Shown: one piece after another, positions 31,657-41,444 of the stretch | How the letters are laid out: each line of letters opens with the position of its first letter | How positions within the stretch are numbered: the first letter of the stretch is position 1 | Assembly (NCBI GenBank): GCA_963754945.1 | Contig: CAVWIG010000024.1 | Location: forward strand, 59,040-123,039 | Source: Methanotrichaceae archaeon | GTDB lineage: Archaea; Halobacteriota; Methanosarcinia; Methanotrichales; Methanotrichaceae | Direction of reading: 5' to 3' | DNA length: 64,000 nt | Program-made: the position numbers and the translations under genes | Notes under the pieces: generated by a model | Database searches by the model: none | Told to the model about the DNA's origin: nothing | Seen by the model: only the letters and a program-made list of their open reading frames with translations

Positions 31657-32919
31657 ATGATCGACGTTATAATAATCCTTTGTGCCTCTGCGGGACTGAT
31701 CCTAGGGGCTATCAGTGGGCTTACCCCTGGCCTGCATGTGAACAACTTCGCAGCCATGCTGCTGGCGGCTTCACCCATTTTGATGTCCTACGGCCTTTCT
31801 CCTTATCACGTGTCAACTATCATTTTGGCGGCGGCCATCTCCCAGACCTTCTTCGACGCCATCCCAGCGGTGTTCGTGGGAGCACCCGACTCGGACACAA
31901 TTCTGACGGTCCTGCCAGGCCACAGCCTCATGCTCGAAGGACGGGGGATAGAGGCCATCAGGCTATCAGCAATAGGCTCGGCAGGGTCCATCATTGCCGC
32001 TATGCTCCTGGTCTTTCCCCTATCCTGGATCTTCTCTCATTACAACGATCTTTTGATGAAGTACGTTGGAGTCTTGCTGCTGGTCATTGCTCTTTTCATG
32101 ATCAAGACTGAGAACGGCCCGGTGATTGAGGGCCAGGGGTCTCTGGTCCATCTGAAGTACAAGGCCATGGCGGTCCTGGTCTTCCTGACAAGCGGTTTCT
32201 TAGGAAGCTTCGCCTTCAACCACGAGAGCATGTTCCAGTCACCCATTGGCTTGCAGCCACAGCCCATGCTGCCCCTTCTATCAGGGCTCTTCGGCGCATC
32301 CTTTCTGATAATCAGCCTTTCATCAGGGACGAGCATCCCGGAGCAGAAGGATACCGGCCTGCACATCCCCGCTGGCTCTCTGGCCAGATCGGTCTTACTT
32401 GGCAGCCTGGGCGGATCGGTGATTGCCTGGATTCCCGGGGTGTCGCCGTCCATCGCTGCCATGGCCACGCGCTTGGGTGCTCCATCCACTGGAGAGGAGT
32501 TTCTTGTCTCCATCTCCGGGGTGAACACCGCAAACGCATTGTTCTCCCTGGTAGCCCTTTACGCCGTGGACAAGCCCAGGAGCGGCGCCGCTGCAGCCAT
32601 AAAGGAGCTGATCACCATGAACTGGGACGTCCTAGTTCAGATGCTGGTGATAATAATAGCCGTCGGCGCAGCCTCTTATATTGCGGCCATAGGATCGGCA
32701 CGGGTCTTTGCCAGAGTGATATCACGGCTGAACTACCCTCGGCTCTGCATGGGCGTGCTGGCGGGCCTGACGGCCTTGACTCTAGCCTTCACAGGATGGT
32801 TTGGGCTTTTCATCTTCGTCATCTCAACGATAGTGGGGATGATTTCACCCTTAGCTGGAATCCGGAAGACTCACGCCATGGGAGTGCTGATGCTGCCGCT
32901 GATTGTGCATTATCTATAA
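31657..32919 (+). CDS. TctA-family (tripartite tricarboxylate transporter) membrane protein
   Basis: GLTPGLHVN, IPAVFVGAPD..VLPGH..GRG, RSGAA. Confidence 0.82.
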   Translation: MIDVIIILCASAGLILGAISGLTPGLHVNNFAAMLLAASPILMSYGLSPYHVSTIILAAAISQTFFDAIPAVFVGAPDSDTILTVLPGHSLMLEGRGIEAIRLSAIGSAGSIIAAMLLVFPLSWIFSHYNDLLMKYVGVLLLVIALFMIKTENGPVIEGQGSLVHLKYKAMAVLVFLTSGFLGSFAFNHESMFQSPIGLQPQPMLPLLSGLFGASFLIISLSSGTSIPEQKDTGLHIPAGSLARSVLLGSLGGSVIAWIPGVSPSIAAMATRLGAPSTGEEFLVSISGVNTANALFSLVALYAVDKPRSGAAAAIKELITMNWDVLVQMLVIIIAVGAASYIAAIGSARVFARVISRLNYPRLCMGVLAGLTALTLAFTGWFGLFIFVISTIVGMISPLAGIRKTHAMGVLMLPLIVHYL

Positions 32920-33151
32920 ATGTATCAATCTCTTTGTGATTTATAAACCCACATGAGCCTAAAGATCAGGACAGAGGCTCACGCCCGAAAAATGAAAGTG
33001 ATATCTGCGGGCACCACTTTCATGGGAATTAAAACACAGTTCGGGCTCAGCTATTCCAACTTAGTAAAGACGTAAGGAGATTTTTAGAACGTTGCTCGAA
33101 AGAGCAAAAGAGAATCCTAAAATGGGAATACACTTTTAAATTACAATACCT

Positions 33152-34108
33152 CTATCGAAAAAAGCTCTCTATTAGGTCCAGCGACGTGGCCTCCATCCCG
33201 CACTGCTGTAAATGATGGGCCAGCAGGTTCGACCGTTCTCCCCCGGGATGATAGACCAGCACCTCCTGCGGAGAGACGTGCTCCACCATCCTCATCAGCC
33301 CACGGAAATCAAGGTGGTCACTGATCATGATAGTTTGGTAGGACATATCTCTCCTGCCGGTGAGCATGTACTTGTTGTTGCCCCGGACCTGGTGAAGGTT
33401 CCAGGGGGTAACCACGTTGGTGCAGTCCTTCTGGACATCGACGAATGGGCCGGAGTCTGCCATGAGCTCTCTGGTCAAGGCAAGGCTTTCAGAGTCCATG
33501 CCTATCTCACCCTTGTACCCCATGCCCCGGATCAGTGCAACTGCACGCTGGGCCTTTCCGAAGGCGTAAGCCCCGAAGGATGCGCCTGAATCCAGGGCCT
33601 CAAAGAAGCCGGCCAGATCATCATCGAAGATGCAAGCCGGGTCCCAGGGATCTCCGTAGTTGGCCTCAGAGATAAGAAAATCGCAACGCGGCAGAGCGCT
33701 GTAGTCCTTGACATCGCCAGTGACCAGGATCCTGGTCCCGACTTCCGTCTGCCAGGAGAAGGCTGCGGAGCCTATGGTGTGGCCTGTCGGGTGGGTCTTG
33801 ACCTCCACGTCTCCCACCATTATGCTCTCTCCAACGGAGAAAGTCCGACCATTATATTTGCGGCCGTAGCGTATCTCCAGTGCCCGGGCGGTCTCCACCG
33901 AGGCCACCGCTCTTTCGGAGAGCATTGCCGACTTGCCGTAGTGATCACTGTGGGCGTGCGTTATTAGGTAAACATCGGGCTGAACGCAGGCCTTGGGCGA
34001 CCGGCTGGTGTCTATGGAGAAGAGATGGGAATCGAACTTTATGGACAGATGCGGCGCAGGTTTGCAGTGGCTGTTAAGCCTCCTCACAGGCTCCGCGCCA
34101 AGGTCCAT
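33152..34108 (-). CDS. Metallo-beta-lactamase-fold hydrolase (beta-CASP-like)
   Basis: THAHSDH, GHTIGS, TGD, EANYG, SDHLDF. Confidence 0.82.
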   Translation of the reverse strand: MDLGAEPVRRLNSHCKPAPHLSIKFDSHLFSIDTSRSPKACVQPDVYLITHAHSDHYGKSAMLSERAVASVETARALEIRYGRKYNGRTFSVGESIMVGDVEVKTHPTGHTIGSAAFSWQTEVGTRILVTGDVKDYSALPRCDFLISEANYGDPWDPACIFDDDLAGFFEALDSGASFGAYAFGKAQRAVALIRGMGYKGEIGMDSESLALTRELMADSGPFVDVQKDCTNVVTPWNLHQVRGNNKYMLTGRRDMSYQTIMISDHLDFRGLMRMVEHVSPQEVLVYHPGGERSNLLAHHLQQCGMEATSLDLIESFFR

Positions 34109-34119
34109 CTGGTTACACC

Positions 34120-34392
34120 TTACTTCAGGGCGGCATCCAGGGCCGCAGTCAGCTCTTCTTTCGAGGTGACGCCCGTCCACTTGTTGAGCTCTTTGCCATC
34201 CTTCTCCAGGATCAGCGTCGGCACGACGAAGATCCCGTACTTCGAAGCCAGATCGTTCTCCTTGTCCACGTTGATCTTCTTGATCTCAGCTTTTCCCTCG
34301 AAGGCGGCCTTTATCTCTTCCAAAATCGGCCCCTGCATCCGGCAGGGTCCACACCAATCAGCGTAAAAGTCCATCAGAATCGGTTTAGCCAT
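34120..34392 (-). CDS. Thioredoxin
   Basis: WCGPC, VPT. Confidence 0.93.
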   Translation of the reverse strand: MAKPILMDFYADWCGPCRMQGPILEEIKAAFEGKAEIKKINVDKENDLASKYGIFVVPTLILEKDGKELNKWTGVTSKEELTAALDAALK

Positions 34393-34468
34393 TTTTGTAC
34401 CCTCCTCAGAGCTATCATACCCATCTATTCAAAGAATCTAACAGTTCATCCTATATCAACATTCTATA

Positions 34469-34918
34469 TCAAACTATATCGAACTTCACCCCGATCTTGA
34501 ATATCCTGACCGTGGGCAACACCAGGAGCTTTCGGCCTGTCCCTGATCTTATCTCGGTCAGGATTTCCTGAATCCTATCCTCCTTAGCGGATACCGTGAA
34601 CCACATGTTATAACCAGAGTCGTTCGGTCGCAGGTAGTTGTGAGAGACCTCTTCGTACCGGTCCACAATACTCGCAACTCCTTGGGCCTCTCCTTCGGAG
34701 ACCTTCATAGCCACCAGGACGCCTGCCAATCCCAGCTTCCTGATGTCCAGGATGGGACCCAGCCTGCGTACCAGCCCGTCTCTCTTCAGCTTCTCCACCC
34801 TGCTTATTACCTCATCTTCACCTAGACCAAGCTTCTCGCCTAAGGCCAGGAAGGGCTTGCTGACCAGGGGAAACTCCGCCTGTACCGCGGCCAGGATCTT
34901 CAGGTCTGTATCGTCCAT
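34469..34918 (-). CDS. ahbA: Siroheme decarboxylase subunit (AsnC-like)
   Basis: FPLVSKPF, VSHNYLR, YNMWFT; next to the heme radical SAM gene. Confidence 0.8.
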   Translation of the reverse strand: MDDTDLKILAAVQAEFPLVSKPFLALGEKLGLGEDEVISRVEKLKRDGLVRRLGPILDIRKLGLAGVLVAMKVSEGEAQGVASIVDRYEEVSHNYLRPNDSGYNMWFTVSAKEDRIQEILTEIRSGTGRKLLVLPTVRIFKIGVKFDIV

Positions 34919-35886
34919 CAGGCCGCCTCATAGTTGCACATGGGGTCGGATTCCAGGTAGTCGCCATTCTTGGCAAAAGCCCTTGCCCTGCATCCTCCGC
35001 AGGCAGTGCGATAGCTGCACTCTCCGCACTTGCCTTTGAGCTTCCGCTCCCTTAGCGCTTTAAAAACAACCGAGTTATCCCAGATCTCCCTAAAACTCTG
35101 CTCTCTGACGTTCCCTGCAAGCATCGACAGGTAGCCGCACGGATAGACCTCCCCCCGTCTGGAGATGAACGCGAAACTCGTCCCGGCCAGACAGCCTCCG
35201 CTCCGCCTACCGCTACCGGGCCGTGCTATCCTTGCAAACTGGGGGGCACAGGTGACCTGCACCTCGATGGCTCTACTCGATCGCTCGAGGTCTATCAGGC
35301 GAAGCAGCTCTTCTTGCATTTCGGGGGAAATAAGATCCCCCTCTGTGCCACTCCCAGTGGGAACCAGGAAGAAAAAGTGGAGGGCCTTTGCCCCTAGACT
35401 ATCCGCCAGATCAAAGATGGGCAGTATGCACCACGCATTTCTTTTCGTAATAGTGAAATTGATCTGAAAATCTACCTTGTCACAAAGGTTCTCTATTCCT
35501 TTCATGACCTGCAGGTAGCAGCCCTGGCCACGAGCAGCATCGTGTTCTTCTGGAGTAACTCCATCTAGGCTGATGCTTATTCTGCTTACTCCAGAGGAGG
35601 CTATCTTGTCAACGATCTCTGGTGTGAGAAGGGTCCCGTTTGTGGCCAGAGAAACGCGCAAACCCTTGGAGACCGCGTAGCGGGCTAGGAGAAAAATATC
35701 AGGCCGGAGCAGCGGCTCTCCTCCGCTGAGAATCAGCAAGGGCTTGAGAGGCGCAACCTCGTCTATGAGGGCCAGGGCCTCCTCTGTGCTAAGCTCATCC
35801 GGATCAGGCTCTGCGGTTGCCCTAGCCCGGCAGTAGCTGCACTGCAAGTTGCAGGCCGAGGTTGTCTCCCAGGCTACTATCAGCAT
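34918..35886 (-). CDS. ahbD: AdoMet-dependent heme synthase-like radical SAM/SPASM protein
   Basis: WETTSACNLQCSYCRA, TCAPQF, GCLAG, YPCGY, CGGCRARA. Confidence 0.75.
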   Translation of the reverse strand: MLIVAWETTSACNLQCSYCRARATAEPDPDELSTEEALALIDEVAPLKPLLILSGGEPLLRPDIFLLARYAVSKGLRVSLATNGTLLTPEIVDKIASSGVSRISISLDGVTPEEHDAARGQGCYLQVMKGIENLCDKVDFQINFTITKRNAWCILPIFDLADSLGAKALHFFFLVPTGSGTEGDLISPEMQEELLRLIDLERSSRAIEVQVTCAPQFARIARPGSGRRSGGCLAGTSFAFISRRGEVYPCGYLSMLAGNVREQSFREIWDNSVVFKALRERKLKGKCGECSYRTACGGCRARAFAKNGDYLESDPMCNYEAA

Positions 35887-36915
35887 TTAAAGGATGCCTT
35901 TCTTGTGAAGCAACTCGGCGTTCAGTATGCTAGCGCCCGCTGCGCCGCGAACCGTGTTGTGGCCCATTGCGATGAACCTTATCCCCGACCTTATCCTGCC
36001 AACGGAGACGGACATGCCGTTGCCTCGGTTGCGGTCAAGGCGTGGCTGAGGCCTATCAACCTCATCCTTGACTATTAGCGCCTTCTTGGGCGATGTAGGC
36101 AGGTCTCCCAGGCCAGGGTCGAAGTCGAGCATTGCCTGTCGTACCTCCTTTGGAGTGGGGTTATCCCTCATGGTGACCCAGACAGCCTCGGTGTGTCCAT
36201 CCATGACCGGGACACGGTGGCAGCTAGCGCTGACGCTGAAATCGGCGGGCACTATCTTCTCTCCATCGAAGTCGCCGAGGATCTTCTGTGGCTCCGTCTC
36301 CACCTTCTCCTCCTCGCCTCCGATGTAGGGGATCACATTGCCAAGGATTGCCATGGAGGGAACGCCCTCGTAGCCTGCGCCGCTCACGGCCTGCATCGAT
36401 GCAACGTGAACGGTCTGGATTCCGAACTTCATGAGCGGTTTCAGGGCCAGAGTGAACATTACCGTCGTGCAATTGGGGTTGGTTGTGAGGTAGCCGTCCC
36501 AGCCTCTCTTCTCCTGCTGCACTTTTATAAGATCCAGGTGCTCGTAGTTGCACTCGGGAATGAGAAGCGGCACATCAGATACCATTCGATAAGAGCTGGT
36601 GTTGCTTGCCACGGCAAAGCCAGCGGCTGCGAAGGCGGGCTCGGCAGTTTTCGCCTCGTCCGCCGGAAGCGCTGAGAATACAATGTCAGCATCGACCTCT
36701 TTCGGGTCCACGTTCACTACTGTCATCTCGGCTACGTCTGCGGGAAGCTCGCTCTCCAGACGCCACCTGGCTGCTTCCTTGTACTTCTTGCCTGCACTCC
36801 GCTCAGAAGCGGCTATGCTGGTAATCTCGAACCACGGATGGTTTTGTAATCCCTCGATGAAACGCTGTCCTACCGCGCCGGTGGCGCCTAAGACGCCTGC
36901 TTTGATCTTGGCCAT
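35887..36915 (-). CDS. asd: Aspartate-semialdehyde dehydrogenase
   Basis: GATGAVGQRF, NPNCTT, QAVSGAG, HNTVRGAAG. Confidence 0.96.
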   Translation of the reverse strand: MAKIKAGVLGATGAVGQRFIEGLQNHPWFEITSIAASERSAGKKYKEAARWRLESELPADVAEMTVVNVDPKEVDADIVFSALPADEAKTAEPAFAAAGFAVASNTSSYRMVSDVPLLIPECNYEHLDLIKVQQEKRGWDGYLTTNPNCTTVMFTLALKPLMKFGIQTVHVASMQAVSGAGYEGVPSMAILGNVIPYIGGEEEKVETEPQKILGDFDGEKIVPADFSVSASCHRVPVMDGHTEAVWVTMRDNPTPKEVRQAMLDFDPGLGDLPTSPKKALIVKDEVDRPQPRLDRNRGNGMSVSVGRIRSGIRFIAMGHNTVRGAAGASILNAELLHKKGIL

Positions 36916-37050
36916 CAATCATCACCTAAACTGGTTTGGCCTTACTTGCAGGGGTGTATATATTTCTTCTCTGGATGCCCCAACTTATAATAGCCAAGAA
37001 ACGGAAAAAGACCCGGAAGAACCTTGGAAAAAATGATGAAAGAACCGTGT

Positions 37051-37620
37051 TCACCGACAGCCACACGTTCTGCCCTTCATGCTGTACTCATCGGCAAACT
37101 CGTTGTTCACATCCACTACTTCCTCGTTGAACTCCAACAGGTGATCCGGGACAGGTCCCAGGGCGTCGGCCTTGTTTTGGGTGTCCACAAGAGCACCGTG
37201 CGGCACGAACTTTCCATCCGTCAGCTTGACCCCAATAACAATCGCTCCGTGGCCAACGAAGCATTTCTTACCTAAGTCGGAGGCATGAACTACCGAATTA
37301 AAGCCGACGAAGCTTTCGTCTCCGATCTTCAAAGGTCCGTGGATGATAGCTCCATGGGCAATAGAGATGCGCTTCCCAAGCTCGATTGAGCTGCCCTTGA
37401 GCCCATGGAACACGGCACAGTCCTGGATATTGCATTCATCGCCAATGATAATAGGCGTAGCTTCGTCAGCCCTCAGGGATGCCCCTGGCGCAATATAGAC
37501 CTGGCTGCCTATGCGGACATCTCCAATAACTGTAGCAGCATCGTCCACATAAGCTGTAGCCGAGACCGTAGGCATCCGCTCTTCACTGTTCCAGGAAGTC
37601 TTTGGATTGCTCTTCAGCAT
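37051..37620 (-). CDS. Gamma-class carbonic anhydrase, no signal peptide
   Basis: Hexapeptide repeats; LRADE, NIQD..FH, IAHGAIIHGP metal-binding His residues; EVVDVNNEFADEY helix. Confidence 0.88.
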   Translation of the reverse strand: MLKSNPKTSWNSEERMPTVSATAYVDDAATVIGDVRIGSQVYIAPGASLRADEATPIIIGDECNIQDCAVFHGLKGSSIELGKRISIAHGAIIHGPLKIGDESFVGFNSVVHASDLGKKCFVGHGAIVIGVKLTDGKFVPHGALVDTQNKADALGPVPDHLLEFNEEVVDVNNEFADEYSMKGRTCGCR

Positions 37621-38032
37621 ATTTATCACCTTCTTGTGGATTTGACATTCTGATAAAAAGAGATTACCATCAACGATGATTTTCATCTTCTGGTTCTATC
37701 TCGATCAATGGCGATGCATGGAGCGTCTTTCTCATAGGAGACAATCCAAAATCAATGCCTACCTGTGCACTATTCGGAGAAATAGAGAAAACAGTCTAGC
37801 GATATGACCAATATTATAATGTATAATTGGTATATTTCGCCGCTAATCTTAAATAGGTAGGGAATAAAACTTAGGACACGTTACCAAATTATCATAAGGG
37901 GTAATGTAAGGGAACAAGGAGGGATTTGAGGAGTTTGGACCTATATACACTTATAGATAGTATTGAGATTTATATTAATTACGCGTATTGAATAGGAACA
38001 AAGTAATATTGCTTTGAGGAAGGGTTAAACTT

Positions 38033-39322
38033 ATGGCTGAAGAAATGAAGGAATCAGGAAGTAGATGGATTCTTGTCATCGATGGCCTGATAATGATGCT
38101 CTGTCTGGGCGCTATCTATGCGTACAGCTTGTTCTCTGTGGCTTTAAAGGCGTATTATACTGATCCGGTATCTAAAGGCGGTCTAGGATTGACGGTTTCT
38201 GCTCTTGATATGCAGCTGCCGTTCATAGTGTTTCTGGCGTTCTTTGCCATTACCATGCCCCTGATGGGCAAGTACATAGAGAAGCATGGGCCAAAGAAAG
38301 TATGTACCGTTGGAGGAGTTCTTGTCGGCCTGGGATGGTTCCTGGCATCGTTTGCATCATCCCCCCTGATGCTCGACGTACTCTATGGCGTAATAGGTGG
38401 CATTGGGGTAGGCGTGGCCTATAACTGTCCCATCACCGTCTCTGGAAGATGGTTCCCTGACCGGCGCGGCCTAGCTGTCGGGCTCACAGTGTTAGGATTT
38501 GGTTTCTCCTCGGCTTTGATTGGACCCATATCCTTGTACTTGAGAACCAGCTACGGAATATTAACCGCAATGAAGATCTTTGGAATAGCCTTTCTGATTA
38601 TAATCGTAGCGCTAGCCCAGCTACTGAAGTTTCCGCCCGCTGGATGGAAGCCTGCTGGCTGGATGCCTCCAGCACCGAAGCCCGGAGCTGCTGTTTCGTG
38701 TGACTTCATCAGGGCTCAAATGCTTAAATCCCCAAGCTGTTGGGGTCTATGGCTATGCTACGTCATAGGAGCTACGGCAGGACTCATGGCAATTGGAATT
38801 GCCGGACCTGTTGGGATAGAGGTAGCAAAGAATGCAGGCATTACGGGTGCTGCAGCTACTGCCCTGACAACTAGCCTTGTCATCCCATTTGCCATTGCCA
38901 ATGGTTTTGGAAGGCCGATCTTTGGGTCTCTGGTGGATAAGTTAGGTGCCAGGAATACAGCCATAGTGTCGTTCGTGCTGATCTTCATAGCCTCCATAAT
39001 GATGGGCGGATACATTGGATCGCCGTCAGTCACGATATACACCATAGCCTTCATACTGCTCTGGGGATGCCTGGGCGGGTGGCTGGCTATTGCTCCCTCC
39101 TGTACAGGGGCATACTTCGGGATGAAAGACTATGCCTGTAACTATGGGTTCATCTTCACGGCCTATGGCCTGGGTGCCATAATTGGAAACGTGATGTCCT
39201 CAAGGATCGTGGATATCACCGGCAGCTACTTCGGAGCGTTCCCAATTGTAGCGGTCATGTCCATACTCGGCATCATCATCGCCTTCGTGCTGCTGAAGCA
39301 TCCTGAGCCGCCCGCGGCTTAA
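38033..39322 (+). CDS. OFA-family (oxalate/formate antiporter-like) MFS transporter
   Basis: GAIYAYSLF, WFPDRRGLAVG, ANGFGRPIFG, NYGFIFTAYG. Confidence 0.85.
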   Translation: MAEEMKESGSRWILVIDGLIMMLCLGAIYAYSLFSVALKAYYTDPVSKGGLGLTVSALDMQLPFIVFLAFFAITMPLMGKYIEKHGPKKVCTVGGVLVGLGWFLASFASSPLMLDVLYGVIGGIGVGVAYNCPITVSGRWFPDRRGLAVGLTVLGFGFSSALIGPISLYLRTSYGILTAMKIFGIAFLIIIVALAQLLKFPPAGWKPAGWMPPAPKPGAAVSCDFIRAQMLKSPSCWGLWLCYVIGATAGLMAIGIAGPVGIEVAKNAGITGAAATALTTSLVIPFAIANGFGRPIFGSLVDKLGARNTAIVSFVLIFIASIMMGGYIGSPSVTIYTIAFILLWGCLGGWLAIAPSCTGAYFGMKDYACNYGFIFTAYGLGAIIGNVMSSRIVDITGSYFGAFPIVAVMSILGIIIAFVLLKHPEPPAA

Positions 39323-39354
39323 TTTATTTTTTATTTACTTTTTTATAACACTAG

Positions 39355-39565
39355 ATGTTTCTTTAAACCCACTATGGCCAATTTCGAAATCATTACATGC
39401 TAATAATAGTACTATCAATACTATGAATTCTCTTACAGCCTGGGTTTTTCAAGAAGCTCACAAGAAATAACGAAATCTGACGACAGGTTATTGAAGATAT
39501 CGGATCCAATCAAGTGGACGTCAATTCGTCAGATCCTCGAAGAAATGTACGACAATTAAGCGAGA
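39355..39565 (+). mobile_element. Degenerate IS5 left-end fragment
   Basis: MNSLTAW...IRQILEEMYDN* matches the N-terminus of the 9961 transposase (FRQILEEMYDNK); contains stops and a frameshift. Confidence 0.7.
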
Positions 39566-39638
39566 TTGGTATAATTCAATCAAACTTTATATATCTCTCT
39601 GCGTTTAGGAGCTATCGGCAGGACGACGAGATATAATT

Positions 39639-41402
39639 ATGATATCCAAAGTCAAGGACCTCTGTGACCTCGCGAGTGCTAGCTACACCCGAAAATGGGT
39701 TACCTTAAGCATACTGATAGGAATTGCCGCAGGTCTGGGCTCCATTATCTTCTACTGGTCTTTGACGACCGCTACTCATCTCCTGCTTGGGCTTGGAGCA
39801 GGATACGTTCCGCCCGCGTCCACCGGAGAGGGGGCTACCGTATTTACCGGTGTGGCCAGGCCCTGGGTTCTTCCCTTTCTCACGGCTGCAGGAGGACTGC
39901 TGAGCGGGATCATAGTCTTTCGTTTTGCACCGGAGGCTGAAGGGCATGGGACAGACGCTGTCATAAATGCATTTCACAATAAAGGAGGTGTCATTCGCCG
40001 CCGTGTTCCCTTGGTTAAAGCCGTAGCATCCGCCATCACCATAGGCTCCGGTGGCAGTGCCGGTAGAGAAGGACCCACCGCCCAAATCGCCGCAGGGACA
40101 GCCTCGGCCCTGGCGGACCTGTTCCATCTGTCTGAGTCAGACAGACGCATTGCCGTCGCTGCCGGGATCGGCGCCGGGATAGGCTCCATCTTCAAGGCAC
40201 CCCTGGGTGGTGCGATCCTTAGCATGGAGATTCTCTACCGCCGCGATTTCGAGTATGAAGCTCTCCTGCCATCCTTTATCGCATCCGTTGTGGGTTACAG
40301 CATCTTCGCTTCCTGGAGCGGATGGGCGCCGGTCTTCGGCAGCGGCATTGTCCCGCCGTTCAGCAGACCTTCTGAGCTTATCTCCTACGCTATCCTCGGC
40401 GTGGTCTGCGGGCTGGTCGGCATATTGTACGGGCGCAGCTTCTACTACCTTAGAGACTTTTTCAAGAGCGCCGGAATTCCCAACTGGATAAAGCCTGCTA
40501 TTGGAGGGCTAATGGTCGGATTAATAGGCGTCTTCCTGCCGCAGGTCCTGGGCACCAGCTACGGATGGTTACAGTTTGCCATCAACGGAGACTACATCGC
40601 ATTGCCTGTTACAGTCATGCTGGCAGTGGCGATCTTTAAGATCCTGACCACCGGGCTGACCATAGGGTCAGGGGGCAGCGGCGGCGTTTTTGCTCCAGGT
40701 TTGGTTATAGGCGGAATGACCGGCGGTGTCTTGTGGAATCTCCTTCACGGTTACCCAGCTATCACTCCCAGCTACCCCTCGGCCTTCGTCGTCGTGGGAA
40801 TGATGGCTCTCTTCGGGGGCATCGCCAAAGTCCCTCTGGCGGTGATCCTCATGGTGAGCGAGATGACCATGGATTACACCCTCTTGATCCCCAGTATGCT
40901 GGCCTGTTCCATAGCCTATTTCGTCACCGGAGACAATTACCTCTATGAGAAGCAGGTGAATGTTCGGGCAGAGTCGCCTGCCCATAGGCATGAGTACTCT
41001 GCTATGCTTCTCAAGGCGCTTAAAGTGAAAGAGGCTATGACAAAACGGGTGCCTATCATCAGCTCCCAATCGACGATAGATGAAGTGGCTAATCTTTTAA
41101 AAGAGTACGAGGTTCACGCCGTGCCGGTTGTCGATGAGGGCAGGCTCGTGGGGATTGTGGCCAAACTGGACGCGGTAAGAAGTATTTACCAGGATCGTCC
41201 TCGAGCATCGGTGAAGGAGATAATGAGCTCCAAGCTTGTAGTAACATACCCGGATGAATCTTTATTTGACGCGATGAATAAGATGATCATAAATCACATC
41301 AGCCAGCTTCCGGTTGTAGAGAGAAACGATCCCGATCAGCTCCTTGGATTGTTAGCTTTGGATGATGTGACCAGGATCCAATGCACAACAAATGCTAGCT
41401 GA
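39639..41402 (+). CDS. CLC-family chloride channel/antiporter with CBS domains
   Basis: GSAGREGP, FKAPLGG, GGVFAP, C-terminal CBS pair. Confidence 0.93.
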   Translation: MISKVKDLCDLASASYTRKWVTLSILIGIAAGLGSIIFYWSLTTATHLLLGLGAGYVPPASTGEGATVFTGVARPWVLPFLTAAGGLLSGIIVFRFAPEAEGHGTDAVINAFHNKGGVIRRRVPLVKAVASAITIGSGGSAGREGPTAQIAAGTASALADLFHLSESDRRIAVAAGIGAGIGSIFKAPLGGAILSMEILYRRDFEYEALLPSFIASVVGYSIFASWSGWAPVFGSGIVPPFSRPSELISYAILGVVCGLVGILYGRSFYYLRDFFKSAGIPNWIKPAIGGLMVGLIGVFLPQVLGTSYGWLQFAINGDYIALPVTVMLAVAIFKILTTGLTIGSGGSGGVFAPGLVIGGMTGGVLWNLLHGYPAITPSYPSAFVVVGMMALFGGIAKVPLAVILMVSEMTMDYTLLIPSMLACSIAYFVTGDNYLYEKQVNVRAESPAHRHEYSAMLLKALKVKEAMTKRVPIISSQSTIDEVANLLKEYEVHAVPVVDEGRLVGIVAKLDAVRSIYQDRPRASVKEIMSSKLVVTYPDESLFDAMNKMIINHISQLPVVERNDPDQLLGLLALDDVTRIQCTTNAS

Positions 41403-41444
41403 AAACTGGCTGCTGCCCCTACATGCTGAACAAGGGTGTGCTAG

